DNA of 64,000 nt from Candidatus Latescibacterota bacterium (GTDB taxonomy: Bacteria > Latescibacterota > UBA2968 > GCA-2709665), in assembly GCA_965116875.1 (NCBI GenBank), contig OZ220733.1, forward strand, positions 3,552,001 through 3,616,000, in the 5' to 3' direction. Positions 48,854-57,650 of the stretch are shown here, one piece after another. Position 1 is the first letter of the stretch; every line of letters starts with the position of its first letter. Made by a program: the position numbers and the translations under genes. The notes under the pieces were generated by a model, which searched no databases, was not told where the DNA came from, and saw nothing but the letters and a program-made list of their open reading frames with translations.

Positions 48854-51508
48854 CTATTCGATGGCGGCCTGGGCGGCGGCCAGACGGGCGATGGGCACCC
48901 TGTAAGGCGAGCAGGAGACGTAGTCTAGGCCGACGTCGTGACAGAACTTTACGGAGTCAGGATCGCCGCCGTGTTCGCCGCAGATGCCCACTTTCAGCGT
49001 GCTGCGCGCCGACCGCCCCCGCTCGGTCCCGATGACCACCAGCTGTCCCACGCCTTCCTGGTCCATGCTCAGGAACGGGTCCTGTTCGAGGATGCCCTGT
49101 TCGATGTAGGCGGGCAGGAATTTGCCGGCGTCGTCGCGCGAAAAGCCGAAGGTCATCTGCGTGAGGTCGTTCGTACCGAAGCTGAAGAATTCGGCGGATT
49201 CCGCGATGGCGTCGGCCACGAGGGCAGCGCGCGGGACCTCGACCATGGTGCCGACGAGATAGTCGATTTTGATCCTGCCCCCGCCCATGACCTCGTCGGC
49301 GACGCGGTCGACGAGGTTTCTGAGCTCGGCGAACTCCTTGACGGCGCCCACGAGGGGGATCATGATCTCGGGAATGACTTTGATCCGCCGCCTGCGCACG
49401 TTCACGGCCGCTTCAAAAATGGCGCGCGCCTGCATCTCGTATATTTCCGGATAGGTGATACCCAGGCGGCAGCCGCGGTGCCCCAGCATGGGGTTGAATT
49501 CATGCAGGCTGTCCACTTTCTTGCGAATCGTTCCGAGCGGGACGCCCATCTGCCGCGCCATTTCCCGCTGTTGTTCGCGCTCGTGGGGCAGGAACTCGTG
49601 CAGAGGCGGGTCCAGCAGACGGATCGTAACCGGAAACCCCTTCATGGCCCTGAAGATGCCTTCGAAGTCTTCGCGCTGAATGGGCAGGAGCTTGTCCAGG
49701 GCTTTTCTTCTTCCCGATTCATCCGCGGCGAGGATCATTTCCCGTACTGCAAGAATGCGGTCGCCTTCGAAGAACATGTGCTCGGTGCGGCAAAGGCCGA
49801 TTCCCTCCGCGCCGAACTTCCTCGCGATTTCCGAATCCTGCGGCGTATCCGCGTTGGTGCGTACGTCCAGTTGCTTTATCTCTTCCGCCCATTTCATGAT
49901 GGTATTGAAGTTTCCGGATAACTTCGGGCTCAGCGTGGGCACGCGGCCCAGCATCACTTCCCCCGTGGAACCGTCCAGAGAGATCCAGTCGCCCGCCTTG
50001 ACCGTTGTGCCATGGACCTCAAACAGGTCCGCATTGTAATCGACTGTGATTGCTCCGCAGCCGGCCACGCAGCACTTGCCCATCCCGCGCGCCACCACGG
50101 CGGCGTGACTGGTCTGCCCGCCGCGGGCTGTCAGAATGCCCTTTGCGGCGTTCATCCCGCCGATGTCTTCGGGCGATGTCTCCAGCCGGACGAGGATGAC
50201 GTCTTCGCCGTCTTCGGCCATCGTCTCGGCATCGTCGGCCGTGAAAACCGCCCTGCCCGATGCCGCTCCGGGTGAAGCGGGAAGGCCGGTCGCCAGGACT
50301 TCGCGCGGGGCGTCGGGATCGAAGGTGGGATGCAGGAGGTGATCCAGCTGGGCCGGATCGATTCGGGCGATGGCTTCGTCCCTGGTAATCAGACCCTCTT
50401 TCTCCATGTCTACCGCGATCTTCAGCGCGGACGCCGCGGTGCGCTTGCCCGTTCGGGTCTGCAGCATCCAGAGTTCGCCTTCCTGGACGGTAAATTCGAT
50501 GTCCTGCATCTCGCGATAGTGCAGTTCCAGTTTCTTATATATCTTTTCGAGGGTTCTGTAGGCGTGCGGCAGCTGCCGTCTCATTTTCGCGACCGGCTCA
50601 GGCGTGCGGACCCCCGCCACGACGTCTTCACCCTGTGCGTTGACCAGGTATTCGCCATAGAATTTCTTCGCGCCCGTGGACGGATCCCGGGTAAACGCCA
50701 CCCCCGTCGCGCAGTCGTCGCCCATATTGCCGTACACCATGGATTGCACGTTGACGGCGGTTCCCCAGTCATGGGGAATATCGTTTATGTTTCGGTATAC
50801 GATCGCGCGGTGGCCGTTCCATGAGTCGAATACGGCGTTTACGCTTCCCCACAACTGCTCCAAAGGGCTCTCGGGGAAGGAACGGCCGGCGCGTTTTCTG
50901 ACAATGTCCTTGAAGACGTCAACGAGTTCGCGCAGGTCGCCGGACGTAAGGTCGGTGTCCAGTGCGATTCCCCGCCTGCCCTTTACGCTGTCGATTGCGA
51001 CTTCGAACGGATCATGTTCACGTTCTTCGGGCTGTATACCCATCACAACGTCGCCGTACGTCTGAATGAAACGGCGGTAGACGTCCCAGACAAAGCGTTC
51101 GTTTCCTGATTTCGCAATCAGTCCATCGGCAATCTCGTCGTTCAGGCCGAGGTTGAGTACGGTCTCCATCATTCCCGGCATGGAGACGCGGGCGCCGGAC
51201 CGGACGGAAACGAGCAACGGATTCGCCGGATCTCCGAACCGCCCGCCCATCGCCTGCTCGACTCTTCCAATATTCGATATGACCTGGCTCTTTAGCGTTT
51301 CCGGGTACTTCTTCTCATGGCCGTAATAATAGGTGCAGACGTCTGTGGTGATGGTGAAGCCGGCGGGGACGGGAATTCCGATGAGAGACATTTCAGCCAG
51401 GTTTGCGCCCTTGCCTCCCAGCAGATTGCGCTGCCGGCCGTCGCCGTCGGCCTCTCCGCCGCCGAAGAAGTAGACGTATTTCTCATTTTTCGAAGGCTGC
51501 TCCGACAT
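48854..51508 (-). CDS. ppdK: Pyruvate, phosphate dikinase
   Basis: LGGKGANLAEM, GGQTSHAAVVARG, GLCRTEHMF, GTNDLTQ, GICGEHGG. Confidence 0.98.
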   Translation of the reverse strand: MSEQPSKNEKYVYFFGGGEADGDGRQRNLLGGKGANLAEMSLIGIPVPAGFTITTDVCTYYYGHEKKYPETLKSQVISNIGRVEQAMGGRFGDPANPLLVSVRSGARVSMPGMMETVLNLGLNDEIADGLIAKSGNERFVWDVYRRFIQTYGDVVMGIQPEEREHDPFEVAIDSVKGRRGIALDTDLTSGDLRELVDVFKDIVRKRAGRSFPESPLEQLWGSVNAVFDSWNGHRAIVYRNINDIPHDWGTAVNVQSMVYGNMGDDCATGVAFTRDPSTGAKKFYGEYLVNAQGEDVVAGVRTPEPVAKMRRQLPHAYRTLEKIYKKLELHYREMQDIEFTVQEGELWMLQTRTGKRTAASALKIAVDMEKEGLITRDEAIARIDPAQLDHLLHPTFDPDAPREVLATGLPASPGAASGRAVFTADDAETMAEDGEDVILVRLETSPEDIGGMNAAKGILTARGGQTSHAAVVARGMGKCCVAGCGAITVDYNADLFEVHGTTVKAGDWISLDGSTGEVMLGRVPTLSPKLSGNFNTIMKWAEEIKQLDVRTNADTPQDSEIARKFGAEGIGLCRTEHMFFEGDRILAVREMILAADESGRRKALDKLLPIQREDFEGIFRAMKGFPVTIRLLDPPLHEFLPHEREQQREMARQMGVPLGTIRKKVDSLHEFNPMLGHRGCRLGITYPEIYEMQARAIFEAAVNVRRRRIKVIPEIMIPLVGAVKEFAELRNLVDRVADEVMGGGRIKIDYLVGTMVEVPRAALVADAIAESAEFFSFGTNDLTQMTFGFSRDDAGKFLPAYIEQGILEQDPFLSMDQEGVGQLVVIGTERGRSARSTLKVGICGEHGGDPDSVKFCHDVGLDYVSCSPYRVPIARLAAAQAAIE

Positions 51509-51647
51509 GGTGTTCCTTTTGAAAAATGGTAGAAGCTGTTATAAAAATACCGGTGAGTTCCCGATCGGCCTGCCTGCAGCGCAGTACGCTGCGCAGGCAG
51601 GCGCCTTTGCAGCCCTGCGAAGACCGCTGGAATTTTCAGACCGCTTT

Positions 51648-52883
51648 TCAGGGATTCCCCTCCCGTGCCGAGCCAGGGGCCGGATCTGCCGGAGTGACGC
51701 TCCCGGACGACGTTGTCATTCCCGTGTCAGACACGGATTGACGGGTTGGGCGAGGCTGTGCGCCGTCACTTCCGGCCGGATCACGAAGCGCCGCGCGACT
51801 GGCCCGGACCACGTCGCGGTCTTCGATATTCAGCAGGGTCTTGAGGATGCTGCGCCTGCCCACGACAATCCGCAGATCCGCCGTGGAGCCGTATTTGAGT
51901 GGCAACGGGGTTTCCAGAATGCGAATTTCCAACTCAAAGGTGCGGACGCCGCCGGCGTGCACCGCGTATCCGGAGAACCCGGAGATTTCGCCGGCGCCGA
52001 CGAAATCTTCGCGGTCGGTGAAGAGATTGCTCAGGATTTCAACGGGGTTTCCCAGCCGGATCTTCCAGGCGTTGGTTTCGGGAACCCACGCGTCGATCGT
52101 ATCGTCCCCTCCGTCGCCGGCGATGATGAGTACGATCTGCCCCTGTTCGGCCAGCATTCCGGGATGGAGGTCTCGCCTGGCCACAATTCCGCTGACGGGC
52201 GACCTCATGGTTGTCAATTCGAGGCCTTCACGGGCGCCCTTGAGGCTGCTGCGGGCTTTTGCGAGCACCGCGCGAGCCTGGCGGACCTCGGCCGTCGCCT
52301 GTCTGAGTTCGGCGGGCGACGCTCCTCGCCGGGTGAGGTTGAGTTCCTCGGCTGCGACTTTAAGATTGGATTCCGCGAGCTGCTGGTTGGTTTTGGCGCG
52401 TTCCAGCTCCTCGATGCTCCATAGCCGTTCGCCGAAGTAGAGGGTTTTGGCGCGCTGGAGTTCCTGCTTGCGGGCCTTCAGCGCAATCCCTGCCTGTTCT
52501 ACCCTGGATTCCGCGATTTTCAGCGCTTCAGCAGTGGGTTTTTCCTTCAACAGCGCCAGATTGGCCCGCGCATGTTCCAGATTGGCTTCGCCGCGCTGGA
52601 CCTCCTTTCCGGCCGCTTCGACGGCGGAAAGAAGGTCGCCGTTGTAGAGCTGGACCACCGGCTGTCCGGCCTTAACCGGCTGTCCGGGCTCGAAATGGAT
52701 GGCTTCGATGACTCGCTTCAGCGGCGAATCGATATAAATCTTCGTCCCGGGCTCGACAATGCCCTGGGCTATGACCACGTCGTCAATTTCAATCAGCGAC
52801 AGAGTGACAAGAACAGCCGCCAGCACACCTCCGACCCACAGCATCCACTTCAACACGCGGTGCCTGCGTCGCCTGCGCATCAT
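51648..52883 (-). CDS. HlyD family secretion/efflux periplasmic adaptor
   Basis: N-terminal TM anchor, lipoyl halves (GQPVKAGQPV; RSPVSGIV), long coiled coil. Confidence 0.85.
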   Translation of the reverse strand: MMRRRRRHRVLKWMLWVGGVLAAVLVTLSLIEIDDVVIAQGIVEPGTKIYIDSPLKRVIEAIHFEPGQPVKAGQPVVQLYNGDLLSAVEAAGKEVQRGEANLEHARANLALLKEKPTAEALKIAESRVEQAGIALKARKQELQRAKTLYFGERLWSIEELERAKTNQQLAESNLKVAAEELNLTRRGASPAELRQATAEVRQARAVLAKARSSLKGAREGLELTTMRSPVSGIVARRDLHPGMLAEQGQIVLIIAGDGGDDTIDAWVPETNAWKIRLGNPVEILSNLFTDREDFVGAGEISGFSGYAVHAGGVRTFELEIRILETPLPLKYGSTADLRIVVGRRSILKTLLNIEDRDVVRASRAALRDPAGSDGAQPRPTRQSVSDTGMTTSSGSVTPADPAPGSAREGNP

Positions 52884-52900
52884 TACGGAAACCCTTTTCC

Positions 52901-52929
52901 TTGACAGGGGAGAATGGCTTGTCTATATT
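52901..52929 (+). promoter_or_regulatory. Sigma70 promoter of tRNA-Lys
   Basis: TTGACA-17 bp-TATATT. Confidence 0.75.
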
Positions 52930-52983
52930 CATCACTTTGCCCGATCGCGTACTGGTTTTCCCAGTCTGATCCGGGAATGGAAT

Positions 52984-53055
52984 GGGCCCGTAGCTCAGGG
53001 GTAGAGCAGCGGCCTTTTAAGCCGTTGGTCGAAGGTTCAAATCCTTCCGGGCTCA
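52984..53055 (+). tRNA. tRNA-Lys(UUU); CCA not encoded
   Basis: GGGCCCG/CGGGCTC acceptor stem, anticodon arm CGGC-CTTTTAA-GCCG, T loop GGTTCAAATCC. Confidence 0.95.
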
Positions 53056-53093
53056 TTTAACTTTCTAAAAATAAAGTACTTGCATTATAAAAC

Positions 53094-53128
53094 GGCCCGT
53101 ATCGCAACCGATCGGGCTTTTTTGTTTC
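53094..53128 (+). terminator. Probable terminator after the tRNA
   Basis: GCCCG...CGGGC stem followed by TTTTTTGTTT. Confidence 0.55.
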
Positions 53129-53297
53129 CTGCACCGGACGGTTCCGCGTTGCTGCGAAACTCCAGCGAAATTTAGTCCCGTAAATTATCACATCTCCTGC
53201 CAAAAGTCAAGGCGATTTCGGGCCTGGATCGTGGGGGAACTGACCGCGCTTCGGGGTGAGCCGACTTTCAGGAATGCCGGATTTCTTCAGAAAACCC

Positions 53298-53346
53298 TTG
53301 ACAAGGCCGATCCATTGTATTATTGTTGACTAACTTGATCAACAAT
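53298..53346 (+). promoter_or_regulatory. cysH promoter with overlapping Rrf2-type operator
   Basis: TTGACA-17 bp-TATTGT; palindrome ATTGTTGA-CTAACTTGA-TCAACAAT at 53322-53346. Confidence 0.65.
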
Positions 53347-53369
53347 ATAATAAATCGCGTCGAAAGAGG

Positions 53370-54125
53370 ATGCGCATGGACGGGAATCAGGAAGAATTCA
53401 GCCGACTTGCAGATGAACTGGATGGCGCGCCGCCCAATGAAATCCTGGCGTGGGCCTGGCGGGAACTGGGCCCTGCCGTGGCGATGAGCACGGCATTCGG
53501 GCCCAGCGGCGTGGTTCTCGTGGATATGGCGCAGAGGGTGGTCCCGCAACTTCCTGTATTTACAATCGACACGGGGTACCTCTTCTCCGAAACTCTGGCA
53601 TTGAAAGAGCGAATCGAGGCGCGTTACGATTTTCAGATCGAGTCGTTGCGTCCCCGCCTGAGCGTACCCGAGCAGGACAGCGTGTGCGGCCCGGAGCTGT
53701 ACAGCAGGGATCCGGATCGTTGCTGCGCGATGCGCAAGGTGGAACCGCTGCAACGGAAGCTGGCGGGCCTGGACGGTTGGGTTGCCGGGCTGAGGAGAGA
53801 TCAATCCGACACGCGGGCGGGCGTACGCGTCGTGGAAGGATACCGGATCAGCGGTGGAAAGACCATCGCCAAGGTCAATCCGCTCGCCGCCTGGACCCGC
53901 AAGCACGTATGGGACTACATCGCAGACAATGATCTGCCGTACAATTCGCTGATGGACCAGGGGTATTCCAGCATCGGCTGTTGGCCCTGCACGCAGCCGG
54001 CGGCGCCAGGCGCGGACGAACGCGCGGGCCGATGGGCCGGCACTCGCAAAACGGAATGCGGGATGCACGTCTCGTTAATGGATGTCGAGATACCCGAAGC
54101 GGAGGGGCAACTGGCGGCGGGATGA
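53370..54125 (+). CDS. cysH: APS/PAPS reductase ([4Fe-4S] APS-reductase type)
   Basis: IDTGYLF, CCAMRKVEPL, GLRRDQ, SIGCWPCT, ECGMH. Confidence 0.93.
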   Translation: MRMDGNQEEFSRLADELDGAPPNEILAWAWRELGPAVAMSTAFGPSGVVLVDMAQRVVPQLPVFTIDTGYLFSETLALKERIEARYDFQIESLRPRLSVPEQDSVCGPELYSRDPDRCCAMRKVEPLQRKLAGLDGWVAGLRRDQSDTRAGVRVVEGYRISGGKTIAKVNPLAAWTRKHVWDYIADNDLPYNSLMDQGYSSIGCWPCTQPAAPGADERAGRWAGTRKTECGMHVSLMDVEIPEAEGQLAAG

Positions 54126-54258
54126 TCGGGGCTGAATATGCAAACGGTCCTGGCATCGGACCGAATCGTCATCGGCGGAAGCCTTACCGGCTTCCGCCGT
54201 TGTTATTTGTACGGAAATCTCGCGAAACCGCGGGCCATTCCACGCCACACGGGATTTC

Positions 54259-54283
54259 GTAGGGGCAACCCTTGTGGTTGCCC
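54259..54283 (+). repeat. GTAG-type REP (family R1)
   Basis: GTAGGGGCAACCCTTGTGGTTGCCC. Confidence 0.65.
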
Positions 54284-54397
54284 GCCTTTCCCCCGTTTGC
54301 GCTTGACAAAGCCAGTCGCAAACATATATTGTCACCTGCTGCTTGGTCCCGGGCACCACGGGGCCATTTTTGTACGTGAACGCGGGGTGTAAGCCGG

Positions 54398-54475
54398 ATG
54401 CGTTCGGGGTTTGAATCGCGTTTCCGCTGGACGGACGATGGTGCGTGCGACGTGGAGATCACGGACTACCATTGA
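54398..54475 (+). pseudogene. higB: Truncated HigB toxin remnant (C-terminus only)
   Basis: Manual translation ...RFRWTDDGACDVEITDYH*, the typical HigB C-terminus, 11 bp upstream of higA; no N-terminal part. Confidence 0.75.
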
Positions 54476-54486
54476 GAGGCGCGAAC

Positions 54487-54792
54487 ATGAACGCGACGAA
54501 TGGGATGAGACCGGTTCATCCGGGTGAGATACTTCGCGAGGAACTCGACGCGCTCGGGCTGTCGGCCAACGCCCTGGCGAAGGCACTGGGCGTGTCGGTG
54601 AATCGCATCACAATGATTCTGAATGGTCGGCGCGGGGTAAGCGCGGATTCGGCATTGAGGCTGGCGCGCTACTTTGGGACGACCCCTCAGCTTTGGCTCA
54701 ATCTGCAAACGTCATGGGAGCTTCGCAGGGCGGAAATTGAAGCGGGCCACGAGATCGCTGCAAGCGTAACGCCCCGTCAAAGGGTACAATAG
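54487..54792 (+). CDS. higA: HigA family antitoxin
   Basis: MRPVHPGEILREEL, ALRLARYFGTTPQLWLNLQ. Confidence 0.92.
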   Translation: MNATNGMRPVHPGEILREELDALGLSANALAKALGVSVNRITMILNGRRGVSADSALRLARYFGTTPQLWLNLQTSWELRRAEIEAGHEIAASVTPRQRVQ

Positions 54793-54834
54793 AAATATGA
54801 TGCCCTATTGTCCGCCGCTGACCGGACGAAAGTT

Positions 54835-55125
54835 ATGACCATGAACGACATTGAAAACAGTCGTGTCGGACCCATGCTGAACCCGCCGCACCTGGGCGAA
54901 TTGATTCGCGAGAGCATGGATGAGGTTGGCTGGAACGTCACCGAGACGGCTGTACGCCTCGGCTGTGAGCGAGGCACGCTGTCGCGCGTGTTGAACGGCA
55001 AGGCGGGGGTGTCCGCGAAGATGGTGCTGGCGCTGGAAGATATCGGCTGGGGCGCCGCCGACCACTGGATGCGGATGCAGGCGAGTTTTTCGCTTGCGCA
55101 GGCCCGCCGGGAGCACGTTGTGTAA
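54835..55125 (+). CDS. higA: Second HigA family antitoxin / HTH_3 protein
   Basis: NPPHLGELIRE, LSRVLNGKAGVS, WMRMQASF. Confidence 0.8.
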   Translation: MTMNDIENSRVGPMLNPPHLGELIRESMDEVGWNVTETAVRLGCERGTLSRVLNGKAGVSAKMVLALEDIGWGAADHWMRMQASFSLAQARREHVV

Positions 55126-55284
55126 AGACCATTTCGCCTGGTCACTTATGCAACTCGGATGGCTATAGAGCGAGCCGTATGGCTCCAGATTGATGGCTGT
55201 TTCCGCCGGTTTTCGCTATCGGGTCGTAGGGGCATAATAGTCGTGCGGGCTTTACGCTCCCGCACGATCCTGAAGAGGTTATTT

Positions 55285-56232
55285 GTGGGTCATCAGGTTC
55301 CGAGTACGGACGTCGGTTCCGGAATTCAGCCGACGGTGGTCGAACACATCGGAAAGACGCCGCTGTTGCGTATCCGGAAATTCGCGGACCACCTGGACGG
55401 CGTTGAGATCTTCGCGAAAATGGAGATGTTCAACCCGGGCGGATCGGTGAAGGACCGGCCGGCGCTGCAGATGATCCGCGACGCAATCGCATCCGGGGAG
55501 TTGACACCGGACAGGGTGATCATCGATTCCACGTCCGGCAATACGGGAATCGCGTACGCGATGATCGGCGCGGCGCTGGGGTACCGGGTGGAACTGGTGA
55601 TGCCCGGCAGCGTGAGCGTGGAGCGCCGGCACGTGATCCAGGCCTACGGGGCCAGCCTGGTGCTGAGCGACCCGCTGGAGGGATCCGACGGCGCCATTCT
55701 GAAATGCAGGGAGATTCTGGCGGCCAATCCGGAGCGGTATTACAAGCCGGACCAGTACAACAACCCTTCGAATCCCAGGGCGCACTATCTGCAGACCGCG
55801 CCGGAAATCTGGCGGCAGACGCGGGGGAGCGTGACCCACTTCGTGGCGACGCTCGGCACCAGCGGCACGTTGATCGGTACCGGCCGGCGGCTGAAGGAAT
55901 ACAACCCCGACATTCAGATTGTCGCCGTGGAACCGCCAGAATTTCACGGCATCGAAGGACTGAAGAATATGGACGTGTCCATTGTGCCGGGCATCTACGA
56001 TCCTTTGGTCTGGGACGAGAAAATCCGCGTGGAGACCGAAGACGCCTATGAAGCCGCCAGAGGATTGACGCGCGAACTCGGCGTTCCCGCGGGGCAGTCA
56101 TGCGGCGCGGCCTTTGCCGGCGCGCTGCGCGTGGCCGAGGAGGAACGGGAAGGGGTTGTGGTTACCCTCTTCCCGGACAGCGGCGAGAAATACATGAGTA
56201 CGCCGCTGTGGCGGCTGGATGAGCCTGATTGA
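55285..56232 (+). CDS. cysM: Cysteine synthase family protein (CysM-like)
   Basis: NPGGSVKDR PLP lysine, STSGNTG, LGTSGT, PDSGEKYMS; adjacent to JAB and MoaD genes. Confidence 0.85.
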   Translation: MGHQVPSTDVGSGIQPTVVEHIGKTPLLRIRKFADHLDGVEIFAKMEMFNPGGSVKDRPALQMIRDAIASGELTPDRVIIDSTSGNTGIAYAMIGAALGYRVELVMPGSVSVERRHVIQAYGASLVLSDPLEGSDGAILKCREILAANPERYYKPDQYNNPSNPRAHYLQTAPEIWRQTRGSVTHFVATLGTSGTLIGTGRRLKEYNPDIQIVAVEPPEFHGIEGLKNMDVSIVPGIYDPLVWDEKIRVETEDAYEAARGLTRELGVPAGQSCGAAFAGALRVAEEEREGVVVTLFPDSGEKYMSTPLWRLDEPD

Positions 56233-56245
56233 GGGAGGCGCGAAA

Positions 56246-56713
56246 TTGGATCGGGCGGTCTGGAGAGAAATTCACGAACACGCGCGAAGGGATTATCCTT
56301 CCGAATGCTGCGGGATCGTGGCGGAGGGCGCTGACGGCGCCTGTAGCGTTCATCCGTGCGAGAACATACAGGACCGGCTGCACGCCCGAAATCCGAAGGA
56401 GCATCCGCGCACTTCGAAAAACGCCTACCGGATGGACGATCTGGAGGTTCACCGGATTTTTTCTGCAACGGAGAGCGAGGGCGGACGCGTCGTCGCGTTT
56501 TATCATTCGCACATCGACTGCGGCGCCTACTTCTCCGAGGAAGATCGTCAGGCAGCCATGTTCATGGACCAGCCGGCCTTTCCGGAAGTCGTGTACCTGG
56601 TGGTCTCCGTCGTACAGGGCGCTGTACGGGAAGCGGCCGGGTTTGCATGGGACGAACGGACGAAGACGTTTGTGGAGAAGGTGCTGGAGGGATACGATCC
56701 GGCAATCCGATAG
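56246..56713 (+). CDS. JAB/MPN+ (M67) metallopeptidase, Mec-like
   Basis: YPSECCG and YHSHIDCGAYFSEED JAMM motif; TTG after GGAGG (alternative ATG at 56219). Confidence 0.88.
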   Translation: MDRAVWREIHEHARRDYPSECCGIVAEGADGACSVHPCENIQDRLHARNPKEHPRTSKNAYRMDDLEVHRIFSATESEGGRVVAFYHSHIDCGAYFSEEDRQAAMFMDQPAFPEVVYLVVSVVQGAVREAAGFAWDERTKTFVEKVLEGYDPAIR

Positions 56714-56843
56714 AGTCCGGATCGTACCCGGGAACGGCAATCGCGCGTGGGTCACGTCATGGCAGGGTGGTAGGGTGGCAGAATCGACGCATTCAAGGTT
56801 AACTCCTGCAACTCATTTCAACCAGAATCAGGAGGCTTTTACG

Positions 56844-57128
56844 ATGGGCCTGACCGTACGCATTCCAACGCCGTTGCGAAAATTCACCGGCGATCACGCG
56901 GACGTTGAAGCCAGCGGCGCAACGCTGGGCGAACTGCTCGACGATCTGGAATCGAAACACCCCGGCATCAAGGAGAACCTGGTCGACGCCGGCACCGGAA
57001 ATCTGCGTCGATTCGTGAACGTGTACGTCAACGACGAAGACGTTCGTTTTCTGGACGGAACGGAAACGCCGCTCAATGACGGCGACAGCGTGACGATCGT
57101 TCCGGCCATCGCCGGGGGGCGATGTTGA
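56844..57128 (+). CDS. MoaD/ThiS/CysO-family sulfur carrier with GG-RC C-terminus
   Basis: VRIPTPLRKFT, RRFVNVYVNDEDVRFL, IVPAIAGGRC; AGGAGG RBS. Confidence 0.9.
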   Translation: MGLTVRIPTPLRKFTGDHADVEASGATLGELLDDLESKHPGIKENLVDAGTGNLRRFVNVYVNDEDVRFLDGTETPLNDGDSVTIVPAIAGGRC

Positions 57129-57183
57129 TCGTGGGGCATCCGCGGCGGAAGTCCGTTGCCGCACCGTTTCTATGAGGCCGTGT

Positions 57184-57612
57184 ATGTATGTTTCCTCGAA
57201 GGGCAACTACGGACTGCGGGCCGTCCTGGATCTCGCGCTGCACTACGGCGAAGGGGTTGTGCAGAGCGCGGAAATCGCCTCACGGCAGGATATTCCCGAA
57301 TCCTATCTCGTACAGCTGTTGAATCCATTGCGTAATGCCGGCCTGGTGCGCAGCGTCAGAGGTCGAAAAGGCGGCCACGAACTGATCCGGCGCCCGGAGG
57401 AGATTACCGTGGGGGCTGTACTGGAGGTCCTCGAAGGTCCGGTACAACTCGCGGCGGAAGACAAGGAAGTCGCGGACGGCGCGCCTGACGTGCTGCGGGA
57501 TGTCTATGAGGAGATGGAGGCGGCGGTTGAGGAGGTACTGGGCACCGTTACCTTTGGCGACCTGTGCAGGAAATATCGGATGGAAAGCGGGCGCATCGTG
57601 TTTCGCATCTAA
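57184..57612 (+). CDS. Rrf2 family regulator (CymR-like, lacks the IscR Cys triad)
   Basis: SSKGNYGLRAVLDLA, YLVQLL, VRSVRGRKGG, LEG. Confidence 0.88.
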   Translation: MYVSSKGNYGLRAVLDLALHYGEGVVQSAEIASRQDIPESYLVQLLNPLRNAGLVRSVRGRKGGHELIRRPEEITVGAVLEVLEGPVQLAAEDKEVADGAPDVLRDVYEEMEAAVEEVLGTVTFGDLCRKYRMESGRIVFRI

Positions 57613-57650
57613 ACTTGCGCCGGTCCGCGCCCACCCTCACGGAATGAACC

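Noticed and set aside
53056-55130. Integrated element at tRNA-Lys
   Set aside because: No integrase and no duplicated tRNA 3' end visible in the window.
56229-56843. Apparent 299-aa MoaD fusion protein
   Set aside because: The upstream part overlaps the JAB gene out of frame; a strong RBS precedes ATG 56844.
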